A stretch of 32,000 nt of DNA from Dehalococcoidia bacterium (GTDB taxonomy: Bacteria > Chloroflexota > Dehalococcoidia > Lucifugimonadales > CAZENU01). Below, one piece after another: positions 9,432-17,059 of this stretch. The notes beneath the pieces were generated by a model. That model searched no databases and was not told the DNA's origin. It saw only the letters and a program-made list of their open reading frames with translations. Position 1 is the first letter of the stretch. Each line of letters begins with the position of its first letter. The stretch covers positions 2,826,583 through 2,858,582 of the forward strand of contig CBDCQW010000003.1 in assembly GCA_965220785.1 (NCBI GenBank), written 5' to 3'. The position numbers and the translations under genes were made by a program.

Positions 9432-9720
9432 GTGACCGTTCAGACTTGCTGAGGCGAACGGCCACGAGAGTGCGTCGAGGCGGCCGGCCGTCTTTTTCGC
9501 TCAAAACTGTGCCATTCTGTTCCGTTCGTATCTGGCGGATGAAACACTTGGTCCGTAGATGAAACACCCGGTGTAACGCTCGCGTTATCTGAGTGGGAAC
9601 ACCGTGGCACGAAATCACAAGCCGTGTTCCGAGCCGGGCCTGCCGGGAAGGGGATGGGGAATGAACATGGATGCTGTTTCCACGCGGGCCTGGTAGCACA
9701 CATCTGCTGTATTCGCAACC
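9432..9720. repeat. Copy 1 of a ~290-nt non-coding element, starting with terminus GTGACCGTTCAGA
   Basis: Collinear with 30851-31140, with perfectly conserved blocks CCGGCCGTCTTTTTCGCT, AAAACTGTGCCATTCTGT, CCGTTCGTATCTGGCGG and TCCGAGCCGGGCCTGCCG. Similarity shows in all reading frames and substitutions are not 3-periodic, so it is non-coding. Confidence 0.8.
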
Positions 9721-9799
9721 CGGCTGGCGGCCGGGGGGCCCCCGAGCGGGTTGCGGCAGCCAGAACACCCGTGCTACCCTGTTCCCCGTGCCCCCGCTA

Positions 9800-9827
9800 T
9801 CCACTTCCCACTGCCCACTATCCACTA
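9800..9827 (+). repeat. Tandem heptamer array YCCACTN x4
   Basis: TCCACTT CCCACTG CCCACTA TCCACTA. It includes the 9-bp direct repeat CTATCCACT at 9797-9805 and 9818-9826. Confidence 0.7.
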
Positions 9828-9963
9828 TGGAACACCCCTGTTCCACTTTGTCCCGCCCTGTTCCACGCCAGATACGAAGCGTGGAACACCTACTGTTCCA
9901 TTTTCCGGCAAAGTGTTCCATCGCCCAGATAGGAATGGAACACTTTGGAACACAATGGAACAG
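9828..9963. repeat. Dense array of TGGAACA / TGTTCCA half-sites
   Basis: Perfect palindrome TGGAACA-CCCC-TGTTCCA (9828-9845). 10-bp inverted repeat TGTTCCACGC/GCGTGGAACA (9859-9888). TGTTCCAT/ATGGAACA (9914-9942). Further TGGAACA at 9946 and 9956. Confidence 0.8.
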
Positions 9964-10021
9964 CTCGTAGGAAATCGACCGCTCCAACTCCGCCCCACGG
10001 CGCCCCCACGTCTGAGGTCTC

Positions 10022-10046
10022 TGCATAACCGCCATTTCCCGCGCAG
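10022..10046 (+). repeat. REP-like unit related to 5186-5209
   Basis: TGCATAACCGCCATTTCCCGCGCAG compared with TGCATAACCGTCATTCCCGCGCAG at 5186-5209: one substitution and one indel. Confidence 0.65.
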
Positions 10047-10210
10047 GCAAACTTTCGCGTGTGCGATCGGGCACCTGTGTAACACTTCGGTAGGGGGATG
10101 CGGCGCCCGACCGGTATCGTCGTCCAACAGCCCGATGCTCAGAGGAACGTTACGGGATCGTCCGGTACCTGGAGCCCTTTTCCTCCAGACGGAGCAGCCC
10201 GCCGGTTGAC

Positions 10211-11254
10211 GTGCCCGACTCTGGTGCTAGAATTGCGCCCGTGGTGAAGACGGTGTCCTCACAGACTATTCGGATGGCGCAGTACGGGACCAAGCACGGC
10301 CACGCGGCCGGGGTTCTGAGCGTCATGCTGGCGAACCCGGACGTGGAGGTGGTCGGCCTCTACGAGCCCGACGCCTCCCGGCGCCGCGAGCTCGAGTCGT
10401 CCGGCGAGGCCCCCTGGTCGCAGGTGCGCTGGCTGGACGACAAGGCGGAGATGCTCGAGGACGACACGGTCGTCGCCATCTCGTCGGAGGGCTCCAACGT
10501 GGAGAGCCTCGACCACACAGAGGAGATCGTCGCCGCCGGAAAGCACGTCTTCCACGACAAGCCGGCCGGGGACGACTACCCGCGGTTCGAGGCGATAGTC
10601 GCGAGCGCGCGGGAGCAGGGCCTGCTCGTCCAGCTCGGCTACATGTTCCGCCACCACGACGGGTTCGTCCGGATCGCGGACTGGGCCAGATCGGGCTTCC
10701 TGGGCGACGTGTTCGCGGTGCGCTGTCACATGTCGACGAACATCCCGGCCGAGCGCCAGGACCCGGGCCGGGTGCCCGACGGCGGCATCTTCTACGACCT
10801 GGCGTCGCACATGCTCGACCAGGTCGTCTGGATACTCGGCCGGCCCACCAGGGTGACGAGCTTCCTGCGCGAGGACGTGATCGAGACCGGAGGCTTCGCA
10901 AACAACACTCTAGGCGTCTTCGAGTACGACGGCGCGATGGCGATCATAGATATCGCCGCCATGGAGCCGGCGCCGACGGCCAGGCGGTTCGAGGTGTACG
11001 GCTCGATGGGCTCAGCCATCATGGAGCCGATGGAGCCGGCCGACACGCTACGACTCGCCCTTATGGAGCCGCGCGGCGGCTACCCGGCCGGCGTGTCGAT
11101 CGTCGATCTCGAGGCCCGACCGAGGTATGTCGCCTCGCTGGAGGCATTCGTGCAGGACATCCGGGGCGAGAAGGAGCCCGACCGGTCGCTCGACCACGAG
11201 CTGCTGGTGCAGGAGACGCTGCTGCGGGCCACCGGACACATTCCCGGCGGATAG
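10211..11254 (+). CDS. Gfo/Idh/MocA family oxidoreductase
   Basis: N-terminal Rossmann region plus EKP-like HDKPAG and the C-terminal dimerisation domain pattern. Start uncertain (GTG 10211/10241/10244 or ATG 10274), with no clear SD. Confidence 0.8.
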   Translation: MPDSGARIAPVVKTVSSQTIRMAQYGTKHGHAAGVLSVMLANPDVEVVGLYEPDASRRRELESSGEAPWSQVRWLDDKAEMLEDDTVVAISSEGSNVESLDHTEEIVAAGKHVFHDKPAGDDYPRFEAIVASAREQGLLVQLGYMFRHHDGFVRIADWARSGFLGDVFAVRCHMSTNIPAERQDPGRVPDGGIFYDLASHMLDQVVWILGRPTRVTSFLREDVIETGGFANNTLGVFEYDGAMAIIDIAAMEPAPTARRFEVYGSMGSAIMEPMEPADTLRLALMEPRGGYPAGVSIVDLEARPRYVASLEAFVQDIRGEKEPDRSLDHELLVQETLLRATGHIPGG

Positions 11255-11313
11255 CTTCCGACACCGCAGGTTTCTTCTCTTACCGGTCGGACGCACTGCG
11301 ACAGGAGGGCGCA

Positions 11314-12450
11314 ATGGGCTCGAAACTTAGAGCGGGGATCATAGGCTGCGGCGGAATAGGGCGGAACCACGTCAACGGCTATCTGCGGTCCGGCCGCTAC
11401 GAGGTCGTTGCCATATCCGACCTGAGCAAGGCGGCGATGGACCAGTACGACGAAGTCTTCGGCGACCACGACGACTACCACCCGAAGCACTACGCCAACG
11501 GCCGCAAGATGCTCGACAAGGCGCGCCTCGACATCGTCTCGATTGCCACCTGGCACGCGGGACACTCGACGTGGACGATCGCCGCCGCGTCGCGCAAGCC
11601 GCGGGCCATCCTGTGCGAAAAGCCGATGGCCGTCGACCTGAACAGCGCGGCCGAGATGCTGGTGGCCTGCGAACGCAACGGCGTGAAGCTCAGCATCGCC
11701 CACCAGCGCCGCTTCCTGCCGTCCTACACCGAGGCTCGAGACCTGGTCGCGGCGGGCGCGATAGGCGACGTGGAGCTCATCACGAGCGTTTCAGGGTCGG
11801 GCCTGCCCAACGACGCGTCCCACCACACCGACATGTACCGCTACGTGCTCGGCGACGTCGACTGCGAGTGGGTGATGGGCCAGGTCGAGCGCGGCACGGA
11901 CCGCTACGAACGCAACACGCGGATCGAGGACAGGGCCGAGGCCGTCTTCGGCTTCGAGGGCGGCGCCCGCGCGCAGATCGTCAGCGACCTGACGCCAACC
12001 TACCAGCAGGGGTGCACGATATTCGGGTCGGAGGGCATGATCGAGCTGCGGCCGAGCTATCTTAGGCTCTTCAACGCCGACACTCGGGGGCGCTGGGAGC
12101 GCAGGGCGCCCGACGGCCGTTTCTTCAAGATCGACGACGAGGGTATCGGCTTCGAGGGCGACGAGGGCGGCGCCGCGCAGGCCGCCGATCTGGCCGACTG
12201 GATCGAGGACGACTCGGCCGGGTTCAGGGGCGAGGCGACCCACGGCTACAAGGCGTTGGAGATGATCCACGCCGTCTACGAGTCGGCCCGCCTGCACGAG
12301 CGCGTGGCGCTGCCGCTACAGACTCGCGTCAATCCGCTCGACGTGATGGTCGAGTCGGGCGACCTTCCCGTGAAGTACCCTGGGCGCTACGACATCCGCA
12401 CCGCGTCGCTGCGGGGCGAGAACATGTCCTCCGACGAGGAGAACGCGTAG
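11314..12450 (+). CDS. Gfo/Idh/MocA family oxidoreductase
   Basis: LRAGIIGCGGIGRNH Rossmann motif and the CEKPMA motif. AGGAGGG lies 4 nt upstream of the ATG. Confidence 0.9.
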   Translation: MGSKLRAGIIGCGGIGRNHVNGYLRSGRYEVVAISDLSKAAMDQYDEVFGDHDDYHPKHYANGRKMLDKARLDIVSIATWHAGHSTWTIAAASRKPRAILCEKPMAVDLNSAAEMLVACERNGVKLSIAHQRRFLPSYTEARDLVAAGAIGDVELITSVSGSGLPNDASHHTDMYRYVLGDVDCEWVMGQVERGTDRYERNTRIEDRAEAVFGFEGGARAQIVSDLTPTYQQGCTIFGSEGMIELRPSYLRLFNADTRGRWERRAPDGRFFKIDDEGIGFEGDEGGAAQAADLADWIEDDSAGFRGEATHGYKALEMIHAVYESARLHERVALPLQTRVNPLDVMVESGDLPVKYPGRYDIRTASLRGENMSSDEENA

Positions 12451-12468
12451 CGCCGGACGCCGCTCTCG

Positions 12469-13551
12469 TCAATCGAGGTCGGACAGGCCGGGCATGACCT
12501 CTTCGGCCAACAGCGTCATGGAGCGCACCCATGCCTCCTTGGGCTGCCACTCGTGCCCCATGGTCAGCAGCACGCCGAAGCCACCGACCTCCTCATGCAG
12601 CGCGCGCAGCTTGTCGGCGACCTCGTCCGGGCTGCCTACGATCCAGATGTTGTCTATCAGGTAGTCGATGGTCACGTCGGAGTCCGGCATGTCCGGATCG
12701 GTCTTGAACAGGTCGATCATCTTCATGGTGGTCAGCACCTTCAGGAAGTAGCCGTTAAAGTCGCGGGCAAGGACGCCCTCACGCGCCTCCCGGCGCGCCT
12801 CTTCCGTCGTCTCGGCCACGAAGACGTTCCTTGCTATTCGCCAGAGCGAGCGGTCGGCGGTGCGGCCGGCGCTGGCGGCACCCTCGGTCACCATGTCCCA
12901 GTGGGTCTGTAGCGTGGCGGTGGGCACGAGGTTGATGCTCATCGGGATGTAGCCGCGCTCCCCGGCCAGGACGAGCGTGTCCGACCGCTTCGAGACGCCG
13001 GCGACGCCGATGGGCGGATGGGGCTTCTGGTAGGGCTTGTAGTGGAACGACAGCCCGATCTGCGGGTTGGGCTCGGGTACCGTGAAGCGCCAGAACTTGT
13101 GCTCGTAGACGCCGGGCTTGGGGTCGTCCCACAGCTTCAGCACGAGGTCGACGGCGTCGCGGGTCATCTGGCGCTGCTCGCCCGACTCCGGGTCGAAGCC
13201 GAAGACCTCGAAGTCGCCCGGAAAGCCGCCCGATCCGACGCCCCAGTAGAAGCGGCCGTGCGCGAGGTGGTCGAGCTGCGCGATGCGGTGGGCGATCATG
13301 AAAGGGTCGTGGTTGGGCATGCACGTGACGCCGGTGCCCAGGATGATATTCTCCGTGGCGCCCAAGGCCCTGGCGATGAACAGATCGGGGCAGGGCACGT
13401 TCTCCCACTCGGAGGTGAAGTGCTCGCCGATCCACGCCTCCTTGTAGCCGAGGCGGTCCAGGGTTACGAACTGCTCCAGGTCGTCGTCGAGGGCCTGCGT
13501 GATGTCGACGCCCGGCGGGTGCAGTGGCATGGTGAAGAAGCCGATTTCCAT
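12469..13551 (-). CDS. LLM-class (luciferase-like) flavin-dependent oxidoreductase
   Basis: MEIGFFTMPLHPPG..., GYKEAWIGEH, GVGSGG. Start at ATG 13551, preceded by GGAGG with a 6-nt spacer; the ORF extends to 13620. Paralogue of 8223..9305. Confidence 0.9.
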   Translation of the reverse strand: MEIGFFTMPLHPPGVDITQALDDDLEQFVTLDRLGYKEAWIGEHFTSEWENVPCPDLFIARALGATENIILGTGVTCMPNHDPFMIAHRIAQLDHLAHGRFYWGVGSGGFPGDFEVFGFDPESGEQRQMTRDAVDLVLKLWDDPKPGVYEHKFWRFTVPEPNPQIGLSFHYKPYQKPHPPIGVAGVSKRSDTLVLAGERGYIPMSINLVPTATLQTHWDMVTEGAASAGRTADRSLWRIARNVFVAETTEEARREAREGVLARDFNGYFLKVLTTMKMIDLFKTDPDMPDSDVTIDYLIDNIWIVGSPDEVADKLRALHEEVGGFGVLLTMGHEWQPKEAWVRSMTLLAEEVMPGLSDLD

Positions 13552-13690
13552 TGGTGACCTCCATCGGTGGGGTCTTGTACGCGCACCGGGCGAGCCCGAA
13601 CTGGGCGCGATTTCCGTCATCCAGTTGTCGCGCCACGACCTGCGACAGTCTACAACAGATTGGGAAACGGCTGTCGCCAGCGTACGGCGG

Positions 13691-13719
13691 TTGACATTTG
13701 GCGGCTTTCGTGGTTAATT
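13691..13719 (+). promoter_or_regulatory. Promoter candidate upstream of 13754 CDS
   Basis: TTGACA (13691-13696), 17 nt, TTAATT (13714-13719). A second TTGACA lies at 13725-13730. Confidence 0.35.
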
Positions 13720-13753
13720 TCGCCTTGACAACTCTGGCCCGGCATAGTGATGC

Positions 13754-14074
13754 ATGATTAGACGACAGCCAGCCGTCGAAGATTTGCGGCCCTACGTGCG
13801 GCGACAGATGGACCTCTGGCCCGGCATTGCGCAGATGACAAGAGCGTTGTCTGAGGCGATTGCGGCGTTCGTCGACCCTCTTCCGCCTTACAAGTGGATC
13901 GAGGGGCGTCTAGACGCCAAAGAGCATCGCTTCGGCCGGCACTTTCTGCTCGTGGATCGGGAGATCGTCGAGGTCGACTGGCTCACCTTCGACACGCTCG
14001 CCGAGGGCGAGGCGCTGAAGGTCCGCAGCACCCGGAGCAACAAGGCGATAAGCATCGACCGGCTGGTGCCCTAG
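13754..14074 (+). CDS. Hypothetical protein (106 aa)
   Basis: ATG-initiated ORF in an otherwise uncovered interval, with non-repetitive composition. No family recognised. Confidence 0.5.
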   Translation: MIRRQPAVEDLRPYVRRQMDLWPGIAQMTRALSEAIAAFVDPLPPYKWIEGRLDAKEHRFGRHFLLVDREIVEVDWLTFDTLAEGEALKVRSTRSNKAISIDRLVP

Positions 14075-14152
14075 CCGCAGTCGCCGGCGAGGCCGCCGAG
14101 GGCACTCGCGACGCCGGACTACCGGCGCCCGTGGGGAGACTCCCCCTCCTGC

Positions 14153-17059
14153 CTAACCCGGGGGGCCGATTGCGTCGGCCAGTATTTCGACCAGGTGCCT
14201 TGCTCGAACGCCGGTGCCGTCGCGGACCTGCTGGCGGCAGGAGACCCCCTCGCTCACGACTTGGAAGTCGCCCGCGGTCGATCTGATCTGTTCGAAGAGG
14301 CCCAGCTCTCCGATCTTGAGCGAGGTCTCGTAGTGCTCCTTCTCGAAGCCGAACGAGCCGGCCATGCCGCAGCAGCCGGCCTGTATCTCCTCGACTTCAC
14401 CGCCCCAGACGGACCGCAGCACGTCCATGGCCGGCCCTGCGCCCACGAGCGCCTTCTGGTGGCAATGGCCGTGGAACAGCAGCTTTCCAGGCGTGGCCCC
14501 GGCGGGCTCCAGCGTCGCGCCCTGATCGGCGGCGTGCTTCACGAACTCCTCGACGAGCATCGTGCCGGCGGCGACCTCCCGCGCCCGGCGGTCCCCGGGC
14601 AGAAGGTCCAGGTAGTCGTCGCGGAAGCTGAGGATGCAGCTCGGCTCCAGGCCGACGACCTTCGCGCCCCGCTCGACCAGCGGGTGGACGGCGTCGACGT
14701 TGAACCGGGCGTTGTCGCGCGCCCTGTCGATCATCCCGTTGGATAGCATGGGCCTCCCGCAGCACCGCGACTCCGGAACGACGACCCTGTAGCCCAGGCG
14801 CTCGAGCACGGCGACGGCCGCGCGGCCCAGCTCCGGGTGGTTGTAGTCCGTGAAGGTGTCCGCGAACAGCACGACGGGCCCGAGGGGCGCGTCGGCGGAA
14901 GCGTCGGCCGACCGCGCTCGGAACCACTGCCTGAAGGTCTGGCTCGCGAAGGGAGGCAGGTCGCGCCTGCCGTCGATGCCGGCGACCTGCTCCAGCATCG
15001 CCTTGAAGGCGGGCGAGCCCAGGCTCCAGTTGGACAGCGGCGCGAAGAATGACCCCAGTCTGCTCAGGGTCGATATGTTGGCGAAGATGCGATTGCGAAG
15101 CGGGTACCCGTTTGCCCTGTGGTAGCGGTCGAGGAATTCGTACTTGAGCTTGGCTACGTCGACGTTGGACGGGCACTCGGCCTTGCAGCCCTTGCACCCG
15201 AGACACAGGTCCATCACCCGGTAGAGCCGGTCGCCGGTCAGGCTGTCCACCGGCAGGGCGCCGGTCATGGCGGCGCGCAGGGCGTTGGCGCGTCCTCGGG
15301 TAGAGTGCTCCTCGTCCCGGGTGACCATGTAGGAAGGACACATGGTGCCGGAGAGCTTGCGGCAGGCGGCCTGGCCGTTGCACATCTGGGCCGCGCCGCC
15401 CAGGCCGCCTTCCGGGGCGAAGTCCAGCCCGGTCTCGACCTGCACACGCGGCGTCGACGGCGTGGTCCTCAGGTTCTCCGCCATCGACTGCGCGTCGACT
15501 ATCTTGCCGGGGTTCATGACCCCCTCGGGATCGAAGGCCCGCTTGACCTCCTGGAAGGCGCCGTAGATGCGGCTTCCGAACATCTTCTCGTTCCAGGCGC
15601 TGCGCGCGAGGCCGTCGCCGTGCTCGCCGCTCATCGCGCCGCCGTACTCGAGCACCAGGTCGCTCACGTGCGCGGAGATGGAGACCATGCGCTCGACGTC
15701 CTCGGCGGCGGTCAGGTCGATCAGGGGCCTGATGTGCAGGCAGCCGACGCTGGCGTGGCCGTAGTACCCGGCGGACGTGCCGTGCTCCCGCACGATCTCG
15801 TCGAAGCGCCGGACGTACTCCGGCAGCGCCTCTGGCGGGACAGCCGTGTCCTCCACGAACGGCAGCGGCTTGGCCGGCCCCTGTACGTTCATCATCAGGC
15901 CGAGGCCGGCCTTTCGGACGGCCCACACCCGGGCCTGGTCGGCGGCGTCGACGAAGCGGCGGTTGGAGTACGACAGGCCGCTCCTTCCCATGCGCTCATC
16001 GAGATCGTCGAGCCTGGCTTCCAGCTCGGCGGCGGAGTCGCCCGCGAACTCCACCAGCAGGATGGCCTTCGGATCGCCGTCGATAAAGTCCGCCATGCGG
16101 GAGTACTCCAGGTTCTCCCGCGCCTGTCGGATGATCATGTCGTCGACCAACTCGATCGACGCAGGCCCGAGCTCCAGGGCGAGCACGGTGGCCTCCATCG
16201 ACTCGATCAGCTCCCGGAAGTGGAGTACGGCCAACGCCGTTGCCTTTGGGATGGGGACGACCTTGACCTTGGCCTCGGTTACGGTCAGCAGCGTGCCCTC
16301 GGAGCCGACGACGAAGCGCGCCGCGTCGATGGCGTCGGGAGAGGCCAGCTCGTCGAGGTTGTACCCGGACACGCGCCGCTGAATCTTGGGGAACCGGGTC
16401 GCCACCTCGTCGCGGTAGACATCGCCTATCTCGACCAGCCTTCGGTATACTCGCGCCTCCAACGAGTCGCCGCGCGTCCTGGCCTCCAGCGCCCCGCCGT
16501 CGACCGGACCTAGTGTCGCCAGGTCGCCGTTCGAGAGCACGACGCGCAGCTCGCGGACGTTGTCCACCGTCTTGCCGTAGACGATCGAATGGGCTCCGCA
16601 CGAGTTGTTTCCGATGGCCCCGCCGACGTTGCCCCGGTTGCTCGTGGATGGGTCGGGCGCGAACTGGACGCCGTTCGGCCGGAGCAGCGTATTGAGCTCG
16701 TCGAGCACGATGCCGGGCTGTGTGCGGGCCCACCCCTCCTCCACGTTGACTTCGAGCAGGTTGCGCATGTGCTTGGAGAAGTCCATGACGACCGCGCGGC
16801 CGACCGCCTGGCCCGCGAGGCTCGTGCCGCCGCCGCGCGGAAGCACGGGCACGCCGTGGCTGTTCGCGGTCTCTACGACGGCGACGACGTCCTCTTCGCT
16901 CCGGGGCAGGACGACGCCAATGGGCTCGATCTGGTACATGCTCGCGTCCGTGCTGTAGAGGACGCGGCTCATCTTGTCGAAGCGCACCTCGCCGGCGACG
17001 CGTCTTCGCAGCTCCTGGACCAGCTCTTGGGTGTCGGCCTCGGCCACGCCGATTGTCAT
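14153..17059 (-). CDS. FAD-binding and (Fe-S)-binding oxidoreductase (GlcD-like FAD domain fused to 4Fe-4S and CCG domains; YdiJ-like)
   Basis: FAD_binding_4 pattern (VLPRGGGTSLAGQAVG), Cys clusters CxxCxxC...CP, and C-terminal CCG motifs (CCG twice). True start ATG 17059 (MTIGVAEAD). The upstream 380 aa of the 1348-aa ORF is out-of-frame read-through over the antiporter gene. Confidence 0.9.
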   Translation of the reverse strand: MTIGVAEADTQELVQELRRRVAGEVRFDKMSRVLYSTDASMYQIEPIGVVLPRSEEDVVAVVETANSHGVPVLPRGGGTSLAGQAVGRAVVMDFSKHMRNLLEVNVEEGWARTQPGIVLDELNTLLRPNGVQFAPDPSTSNRGNVGGAIGNNSCGAHSIVYGKTVDNVRELRVVLSNGDLATLGPVDGGALEARTRGDSLEARVYRRLVEIGDVYRDEVATRFPKIQRRVSGYNLDELASPDAIDAARFVVGSEGTLLTVTEAKVKVVPIPKATALAVLHFRELIESMEATVLALELGPASIELVDDMIIRQARENLEYSRMADFIDGDPKAILLVEFAGDSAAELEARLDDLDERMGRSGLSYSNRRFVDAADQARVWAVRKAGLGLMMNVQGPAKPLPFVEDTAVPPEALPEYVRRFDEIVREHGTSAGYYGHASVGCLHIRPLIDLTAAEDVERMVSISAHVSDLVLEYGGAMSGEHGDGLARSAWNEKMFGSRIYGAFQEVKRAFDPEGVMNPGKIVDAQSMAENLRTTPSTPRVQVETGLDFAPEGGLGGAAQMCNGQAACRKLSGTMCPSYMVTRDEEHSTRGRANALRAAMTGALPVDSLTGDRLYRVMDLCLGCKGCKAECPSNVDVAKLKYEFLDRYHRANGYPLRNRIFANISTLSRLGSFFAPLSNWSLGSPAFKAMLEQVAGIDGRRDLPPFASQTFRQWFRARSADASADAPLGPVVLFADTFTDYNHPELGRAAVAVLERLGYRVVVPESRCCGRPMLSNGMIDRARDNARFNVDAVHPLVERGAKVVGLEPSCILSFRDDYLDLLPGDRRAREVAAGTMLVEEFVKHAADQGATLEPAGATPGKLLFHGHCHQKALVGAGPAMDVLRSVWGGEVEEIQAGCCGMAGSFGFEKEHYETSLKIGELGLFEQIRSTAGDFQVVSEGVSCRQQVRDGTGVRARHLVEILADAIGPPG

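Noticed and set aside
9465-9500. Hairpin plus TCTTTTT inside both element copies, considered as a functional terminator of a flanking gene.
   Set aside because: It is oriented for plus-strand transcripts, but the adjacent upstream genes are on the minus strand and point away. It is kept only as a structural feature of the element.
9440-9718. Conserved small ORFs in both element copies (9440..9718- and 30859..31104-, sharing HPPDTNGTEWHSF.RKRRPA).
   Set aside because: Similarity is equally visible in other frames (for example GVPTQI...RQIRT.QNGTV.SEKDGR). Substitutions are clustered rather than at third codon positions. Conservation is therefore at the nucleotide level.
9797-9826. DnaA-box-like TATCCAC sequences (also TATCCACA at 1378-1385) as a possible replication origin.
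   Set aside because: They match only 7-8 of 9 positions. There is no dnaA or dnaN nearby and no AT-rich unwinding element. The sequences are better described as part of heptamer tandem arrays.
9828-9845. Possible LexA (Cheo-box) operator GAAC...GTTC.
   Set aside because: The spacing is GAAC-N6-GTTC rather than GAAC-N4-GTTC. There are no SOS genes adjacent.
9780-9965. Possible CRISPR array, suggested by the many short repeats.
   Set aside because: The repeats are only 7-10 bp, occur in both orientations with irregular spacing, and there are no cas genes.
7816-10074. 752-aa minus-strand ORF spanning the GNAT gene, the LLM gene and the repeat region. Similar long antisense ORFs: 8160..9308+, 20863..22326+, 22349..23749+, 28748..30436+, 25004..26296+, 15119..16513+.
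   Set aside because: They are Arg/Pro/Gly-rich and low-complexity. They lie antisense or out of frame to ORFs with clear family motifs. This is typical open-frame noise in GC-rich DNA.
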